Under the pieces are notes generated by a model, which ran no database searches, was not told the DNA's origin, and saw only the letters and a list, made by a program, of their open reading frames with translations. The translations under genes were made by a program, and so were the position numbers. DNA of 30,858 nucleotides from a virus. Lineage: Duplodnaviria > Caudoviricetes. The stretch spans positions 1 through 30,858 of the IMG/VR virus record IMGVR_UViG_3300037478_000502. One strand, written 5' to 3'. Position 1 is the stretch's first letter. The number at the start of each line of letters is the position of its first letter. Below are positions 26,330-30,858 of this stretch, piece by piece.

Positions 26330-26663
26330 GCGCGTCAATCGCGGCCCGCAGGTCCGGTACCAGCACACGCCCGCCCTCGACGGTACCCGGCAGTTCCCTG
26401 ATCGCCGCCGCTGCCGCTGGCGACGACGCGCTCAGGAGCCCGCCACGGCCGCCAGGCGACGATCCATCCGGCTGGGCGTACACGTCTGCCCCTCGCGCTC
26501 GACGGTGATCCTGCCACGCCTGACGGCGCCTACCGTGCACCCAGATCCGGCCGGCGAACGTCGCGCTCTCCGTTTCGTTGCTCGGCCGGCACGGCTCGCC
26601 AACCTCCGCCGGACAGACGGGGCACGGGACGGCGCCGATGACCTTTGCCTCGCGTCGGCTCAT
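26301..26663 (-). CDS. phage zinc-finger protein
   Basis: VPCPVCPAEVGEPC...VHGRR (C2-C-H); ATGA overlap with the upstream minus-strand gene. Confidence 0.7.
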   Translation of the reverse strand: MSRREAKVIGAVPCPVCPAEVGEPCRPSNETESATFAGRIWVHGRRRQAWQDHRRARGADVYAQPDGSSPGGRGGLLSASSPAAAAAIRELPGTVEGGRVLVPDLRAAIDALRTDGWVVE

Positions 26664-26872
26664 GATCGGTCGACGTGCATGTGCCTTTCGACGCATTCGC
26701 CCGCCGTGCCCAGCCAGCCGAACACCCATCGGGCCCGGTCGTCGATCCGGACGCGCCAGCGGCTGCCGGACCGGACCGGCTGTGCCGCCATGCTCGCGCC
26801 GCTGTAGCGGATGCATGCGTCCTCAGCTTCGCGCTGCGTGCGGAACGTCGCGATCTTGTGGACGGTGTCCAT
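26660..26872 (-). CDS. hypothetical protein
   Basis: AAGGAGGAG RBS; part of the leftward operon. Confidence 0.65.
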   Translation of the reverse strand: MDTVHKIATFRTQREAEDACIRYSGASMAAQPVRSGSRWRVRIDDRARWVFGWLGTAGECVERHMHVDRS

Positions 26873-26874
26873 GG

Positions 26875-27066
26875 TCAGTACTCCTCCTTGACAGCTTCGG
26901 CGATCTCCCGGAGGCCAGCTTCGCCCGAGGCGGTGAGCGCTACACTGTGGGCGATCAGCGACACGTTCCCGTTGCTCGCAGCCTCGCGAATCCGCCTGCG
27001 CAGTTCCCTGTTGTTCGGCCCGGGGAAGTTGGCTCGGATCAGTCGCCCAATCTTGGCGATCGCCAT
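26875..27066 (-). CDS. hypothetical protein
   Basis: GAGAGGA RBS; 63 aa, helical. Confidence 0.65.
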   Translation of the reverse strand: MAIAKIGRLIRANFPGPNNRELRRRIREAASNGNVSLIAHSVALTASGEAGLREIAEAVKEEY

Positions 27067-27150
27067 GGTGTCCTCTCGGTTGTTGGTCGTTTCGTCAATG
27101 GGGCCCGGCCCTGTGCGAGCGGCCGGGAAGCGGAGCCGACGGACACGCCG

Positions 27151-27504
27151 TCAGGCGCTCGGCTCCGGGACCCAATACGGGCGCGGTCCAATGCTGCCGG
27201 GAATTCCGGTCGTCGGCTGTCCCACCGGACCGAGGTCCGTCACGACCTGTACGTGGCGGCCGGGAATTCCGGTCGGGCTACCGTCGTAGCGATAGCGGCG
27301 GCCTCCGGCAACGTACTCGACGGTCGGGTAGCCTCGGCGGTCGGCCCGTCGCTGTGCGGCCGCCTTGAGGGACACGAGGCCGGCGTAGGTGCGGCCGATC
27401 ATGCCCGTGATCTGCTCGTCGTCGATCATGTGGTCGGTATTCGACCACCCGTGCTGCGTCCATGCGTTCGTGACGGTGAGATTTTTCATTGTGCCCTCGC
27501 TCAT
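27151..27504 (-). CDS. hypothetical protein
   Basis: ATGA overlap with upstream gene; internal TGIPG duplication. Confidence 0.6.
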   Translation of the reverse strand: MSEGTMKNLTVTNAWTQHGWSNTDHMIDDEQITGMIGRTYAGLVSLKAAAQRRADRRGYPTVEYVAGGRRYRYDGSPTGIPGRHVQVVTDLGPVGQPTTGIPGSIGPRPYWVPEPSA

Positions 27505-27824
27505 GAGAGTAGTGCTGCGTAGATCGCATCCAGTGCTGCGCGCTGCCGATCGCCGGGCTCTGCTGCGGCCGATGCCAGATCCTCATCGTCCGTCGCCACT
27601 GCGATGATCTCCACGTCGCCCGCGTCGCGGCCTGTCTCGCGCGCCCAGCGCAGGTAGCCGGCCACACGGTGGAACCCGTCCACGATCACCGGCCGGCCCG
27701 CCACCAGCTCGATCACGATCATCTCGGGCTCGTTGCCCGGACGCAGCGCGTCGGCCTCGTCGATCAGCTCGCGCTCGATCTCGTTGGCCAGCTCGCTCAG
27801 GCGGATTGTCGTGGTGGTTGTCAT
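27501..27824 (-). CDS. ParB/Srx N-terminal-domain-like protein (no HTH)
   Basis: P..IVI......VIVDGFHRVAG motif matches the ParB/Srx DG.HR signature; about 107 aa; GAGG RBS; first gene after the strong promoter. Confidence 0.7.
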   Translation of the reverse strand: MTTTTTIRLSELANEIERELIDEADALRPGNEPEMIVIELVAGRPVIVDGFHRVAGYLRWARETGRDAGDVEIIAVATDDEDLASAAAEPGDRQRAALDAIYAALLS

Positions 27825-27885
27825 CTGGGCCATCCTCGTGAGAGAGTGGAGTCGGGGTGGCGGGCTGTCTCTCCCGCACACAGGT

Positions 27886-27914
27886 AATGTAGCATCGGGA
27901 CCGGAGCGTGTCAA
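27886..27914 (-). promoter_or_regulatory. strong sigma70-type leftward promoter
   Basis: TTGACA-17 nt-TACATT on the minus strand. Confidence 0.8.
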
Positions 27915-27919
27915 GGGCC

Positions 27920-27948
27920 TTGCCAGCCATTCACGGGATCGGTAGTAT
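27920..27948 (+). promoter_or_regulatory. sigma70-type rightward promoter, leaderless
   Basis: TTGCCA-17 nt-TAGTAT-6 nt-ATG(27955). Confidence 0.65.
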
Positions 27949-27954
27949 CAGCCC

Positions 27955-28173
27955 ATGGAACCCGCCCGACTCGGCTCTCCGCCGCCAGCACTCGAGCGCG
28001 ACCACGCCCGCGACCGCAAGATGGCGGAGCTGCGGGCGGAAGGTCGGTCGCTCGCGGAGATCGGCCGTCTGTTCGGCGTGTCACGCGAGCGTGTCCGCCA
28101 GCTCCTCCGTCGCTACGACGGGGAGCGAGCGGGGGTCACCAGATCGCGATCAGGTAGAAGCGCCAGCCGGTGA
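27955..28173 (+). CDS. small HTH protein (sigma70 region 4-like)
   Basis: EGRSLAEIGRLFGVSRERVRQL. Confidence 0.8.
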   Translation: MEPARLGSPPPALERDHARDRKMAELRAEGRSLAEIGRLFGVSRERVRQLLRRYDGERAGVTRSRSGRSASR

Positions 28174-28564
28174 ACCCGTTGACGATCCGGAGACCTGGCG
28201 TCGGTGAGCCGATCCCTGTGATGCCGCAAAACGGGCTGCCGGAGGATGTCGGCGTATACGCTATCGCGAGCCACGTCTGCCCGATCTCGCTCATGTAGCA
28301 CGCGATCGCCGGCAGCTTCCCGTTCGCGATTGACGCGGTCGGGAGTGTCAGCGTGAACGAGCCGGAGGCGTCCAATACGCCGGTCGCATCGATCCGGTTG
28401 AGCGCGCCGGCGGGTCCCGTTGGGCCGGGCGGACCGATCGGCCCCGGCGGTCCGATCTCCCCGCGCGGACCCTGCTGACCCTCCGGCCCCTCCGGCCCCA
28501 TCGGAACTTCCTGACACCCGAGCACCAACGCTGCGAGTGCCATCGCCATCATGCTGCGTCGCAT
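28136..28564 (-). CDS. collagen-like lipoprotein
   Basis: GGAGG RBS; lipobox LVLG-C; about ten G-X-Y triplets; small beta C-domain with two Cys. Confidence 0.8.
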   Translation of the reverse strand: MRRSMMAMALAALVLGCQEVPMGPEGPEGQQGPRGEIGPPGPIGPPGPTGPAGALNRIDATGVLDASGSFTLTLPTASIANGKLPAIACYMSEIGQTWLAIAYTPTSSGSPFCGITGIGSPTPGLRIVNGFTGWRFYLIAIW

Positions 28565-28705
28565 AGCTACCTCCGGGAGTGAGTGGGACCCGCCGTAAGT
28601 ATGGCGTAATTACTACGATTGTCGCTATCGTTCCATTCCCCGTGACAGCCGGCGCACGGATGCGCCGTCCCCATGATCCGCCATCGCCATTGCGTGAGGT
28701 CGCGC

Positions 28706-28975
28706 ATGGACAACCCCCTGCCGCGAGGTGTGTACTGGCTCGACGGCGTACGTGACGAGCACGGCTACGAGCTGCTGATCGCCGTGGATCGCCGCGGCCG
28801 CTGGATCCAGCCACCGACCCGCGTGTTCCCGCGTGAGGATCGACCGGCCGTCATCCGCATGCTCCGCCGTCTGTTGGACCGCGCTGATCCTCATCCGCCG
28901 TCCGTAGCGGCGCGGGCGCCACCGGTGAGTCGCCACGCAGGTTCGCGACCTTCTGGCGCAGCCCCATCGCCATGA
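28706..28975 (+). CDS. hypothetical protein
   Basis: GAGGT RBS; MDNPLPRGVYWLDG...; tail overlaps the end of the repressor-like gene. Confidence 0.55.
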   Translation: MDNPLPRGVYWLDGVRDEHGYELLIAVDRRGRWIQPPTRVFPREDRPAVIRMLRRLLDRADPHPPSVAARAPPVSRHAGSRPSGAAPSP

Positions 28976-29279
28976 GTTCGAGCGTCCCGGCCGCCTCCGA
29001 TAGGGCCTCGACGTGGCTTGTGTTCACAGGTGGCTCACGGCTCACCTGTGTTTCACGTGGAATCGTCACGCTCTTGCGGCGAAGGAAAGTGAGAAGGGCC
29101 GCGCGTGTCTTTTTGTTGATGCGACCCGCCGGTTCGTCGCCGTCGTCGAGCGCCCGCCGCCATCGCCCGATGGTCTCGTAGCTCACGCCGATCTCGTCCT
29201 GCGCCTCCTCCAAATCCATGCCTGACACCTCGGACAACGCCAATCGGATCAACGTGTTGTGGTTGGTTCGCGTGGCCAT
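28851..29279 (-). CDS. HTH transcriptional regulator (repressor-like)
   Basis: MDLEEAQDEIGVSYETIGRWRR HTH; divergent from the early rightward genes. Confidence 0.7.
   Translation of the reverse strand: MATRTNHNTLIRLALSEVSGMDLEEAQDEIGVSYETIGRWRRALDDGDEPAGRINKKTRAALLTFLRRKSVTIPRETQVSREPPVNTSHVEALSEAAGTLELMAMGLRQKVANLRGDSPVAPAPLRTADEDQRGPTDGGACG
29049..29064. promoter_or_regulatory. parS-like site
   Basis: TGTTTCACGTGGAATC (minus strand GATTCCACGTGAAACA), 14/16 match to consensus TGTTNCACGTGAAACA. Confidence 0.55.
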
Positions 29280-29282
29280 GGC

Positions 29283-29332
29283 TGTGAACACCCTTGACTT
29301 TTCGTGAACACATCCCGATACTTGTGAACGCC
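29283..29332 (+). repeat. three operator-like direct repeats YGTGAACRCM at 20-bp period
   Basis: GTGAAC at 29284, 29304 and 29324. Confidence 0.7.
29294..29322 (+). promoter_or_regulatory. rightward early promoter
   Basis: TTGACT-17 nt-GATACT (lambda PR/PL-like hexamers), interleaved with the repeats. Confidence 0.75.
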
Positions 29333-29379
29333 GGACGGAAACCGCCGGAGATATGCGGTAAACCCGACGAACCAGAACG

Positions 29380-29604
29380 ATGGGACGAGACATGACCCAG
29401 ACGCAAGAGCCCAAGTCGGAGCGGGCCGCCGTAGCCGTGACCGCGCACGAAAAGCACGCCCTGCGGTTCATGGCTGGCCACCGGAAGACGACCGAGTCCG
29501 AGTTGCTCCGCGAAGTGCTCATCGCTGACATCACTGCTCAATACGACCGGCTGATGGCGCTGATTGCCCAGAGCGAGCCGACCGAAGCCGAGCCCGCGGC
29601 ATGA
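29380..29604 (+). CDS. ribbon-helix-helix-like small regulator (Cro position)
   Basis: RAAVAVTAHEKHALRFMA....TTESELLR fits the strand-helix-helix pattern; start could be 29392. Confidence 0.6.
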   Translation: MGRDMTQTQEPKSERAAVAVTAHEKHALRFMAGHRKTTESELLREVLIADITAQYDRLMALIAQSEPTEAEPAA

Positions 29605-29927
29605 TGCGACCTCGTTTGCTAGCCAAGCCACGGTTGGCGCGCGACCGCATGTCGCTGGTCGCTCAGAAGTACACGAATTACTGGCGGGCCTTGCGTGACG
29701 GCACGCTTGCCCGACCGACCACCTGCGACGAATGCGGCATCGAATGCCGGCCGGACGGCCATCACGACGACCACCGGCTCCCGCTGGAAGTGCGCTGGCT
29801 GTGCCGGCCCTGCCACAAGTGCGCGGACATGGTCAAGGTCCGGCGCGACCGCCGCAACCAAGTAAGGGACCCGTGGCTTGAGCCGTGGATCGCCCGGCGG
29901 CGTTACCGCCATTACGAGGCCGCCTGA
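29601..29927 (+). CDS. small HNH-like/zinc-binding protein
   Basis: CDECG....GHHDDHRLPLEVRWLCRPCH. Confidence 0.7.
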   Translation: MMRPRLLAKPRLARDRMSLVAQKYTNYWRALRDGTLARPTTCDECGIECRPDGHHDDHRLPLEVRWLCRPCHKCADMVKVRRDRRNQVRDPWLEPWIARRRYRHYEAA

Positions 29928-30169
29928 TGCACACCGTCCTCGATCGCCGTGGAGGCGACAGGCCCCGCGATGCACGCGAGCTGGTGTGCTGGACGTGCGG
30001 CGATGTCGTGAGCGACACGAGCGGCCACACGATGGACGATATCGAGCACGGCCGCGCGTACTGCCCTGAATGCCGCCTGTGCGGATGCGGAGAGCCGATG
30101 ACGGTCCGCGAACTGACGGCGGACGGCTGCTGTCGGGAGTGTCTGCGAGGTGGGGAGGATTGCGACTGA
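29927..30169 (+). CDS. Cys-rich zinc-binding hypothetical protein
   Basis: TGATG overlap; CWTC, CPEC, CGCG, CCREC. Confidence 0.6.
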   Translation: MHTVLDRRGGDRPRDARELVCWTCGDVVSDTSGHTMDDIEHGRAYCPECRLCGCGEPMTVRELTADGCCRECLRGGEDCD

Positions 30170-30549
30170 TGAGCACACGCATGGAGTTCCGGCTTTCGAT
30201 GCCCGTAGTCAATTCGTGGAACGGTCGGTGGTCTGGCGAGGACCGTAGGTACGCGGTCATCCGCAATCTGGGCGTGCGGGACGTGGGCGTGATCGGTGAC
30301 ACGAGATCATGGACGTATGCCTTCGGCGATGGGTGGGTCGCCCGCGTCGAAGCGCGTGAGATGCAGCCGGGCGAACGGGCCAAGAAGTCGGATGGGTTCT
30401 GCGGCTACGACTGGATGATCGACAACATCCTCCGGTGGAACACGGCCGCATGCCAGTGCGACTTCCGTCCGCTGAAAAGCCACACCTACGGCGAGGGCGA
30501 ATGGTCACGGTGCCGGTACTGTGGAACCGCCCGGAGAACCGACACATGA
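30169..30549 (+). CDS. phage hypothetical protein
   Basis: TGATG overlap; SWNGRWSGE, FGDGW.A.V, SDGFCGYDWMID motifs. Confidence 0.7.
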   Translation: MSTRMEFRLSMPVVNSWNGRWSGEDRRYAVIRNLGVRDVGVIGDTRSWTYAFGDGWVARVEAREMQPGERAKKSDGFCGYDWMIDNILRWNTAACQCDFRPLKSHTYGEGEWSRCRYCGTARRTDT

Positions 30550-30858
30550 CCGACCGTCGCCACCGTACGTATGCCGAGATACGCGATCGCCGCGAGCGCA
30601 CGCCCGAAGAGCAGGCTTTCGATTGCCGCGTCGACCGGATCGTGGACTGGTGGGTGAGCGCGTGGCACGAAAATCCGCATCTGCGTGGCACGGCGTACTT
30701 GGACCCGCTGCAATGGGGAGATCCACGCTGGGCAAAGGTCAGCAGGGATGCCCGCCAACGACGTGCCGACCCACCTCCCGATGCGGCTGTTCGCGCGGCC
30801 GTCATAGCCGAGATCGACGCCATCGTGTCTGACTCTATGGAGCGCAGGCGGTCGGCAT
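30546..30858 (+). CDS. hypothetical protein (runs off window end)
   Basis: ATGA overlap; open frame MTDRRHRTYAEIRDRRERTPEEQAFD...MERRRSA; not in the ORF track. Confidence 0.6.
   Translation, partial: MTDRRHRTYAEIRDRRERTPEEQAFDCRVDRIVDWWVSAWHENPHLRGTAYLDPLQWGDPRWAKVSRDARQRRADPPPDAAVRAAVIAEIDAIVSDSMERRRSA

Noticed and set aside
27103-27128. GC hairpin CCCGGCC...GGCCGGG as an intrinsic terminator
   Set aside because: No U-tract on either side; may be an RNA stability or processing element but this is unsupported.
26578-27522. 314-aa plus-strand ORF
   Set aside because: Overlaps several minus-strand genes that have RBSs, coupled starts and a strong promoter.
27955-28173. Phage sigma factor
   Set aside because: Only a region-4-like HTH in 72 aa; no region 2.
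29283-29332. GAAC repeats as a LexA/SOS box
   Set aside because: Spacing (GAAC-N16-GAAC) fits neither GAAC-N4-GTTC nor GTTC-N7-GTTC.
1-30858. tRNA, rRNA, integrase or transposase genes
   Set aside because: None recognised by eye; intergenic gaps are short. A covariance-model scan would be needed to exclude small RNAs.

Overview
GC-rich segment of a tailed dsDNA (siphovirus-like) phage or prophage. A long rightward late operon runs from an encapsulin/Linocin-like HK97-fold capsid (5' truncated) through head-tail genes, tail tube, a tail chaperone with a -1 frameshift, a TP901-type tape measure, an antisense HNH insertion and many accessory tail proteins (LamG/FN3/PKD, beta-helix, 14-aa Ala/Thr repeat). 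It then passes a secreted protein, a small 'PCPP..C' protein coupled to a 7-TM protein, several small membrane proteins, a patatin and an amidase endolysin. Next come a leftward operon of small genes (including a ParB-N-like protein) behind a near-consensus sigma70 promoter, a collagen-like lipoprotein, a divergent HTH/RHH switch with 20-bp-spaced operator-like repeats and a parS-like site, and rightward early genes. No integrase is visible. Envelope-protein features suggest an FCB-group host, possibly Gemmatimonadota (inference). The most unusual items are the kinase-less PCPP + 7-TM module, the parS-like site with a ParB-N-only protein, and the patatin inside the lysis cassette. All family calls come from motif recognition by eye, not database searches.
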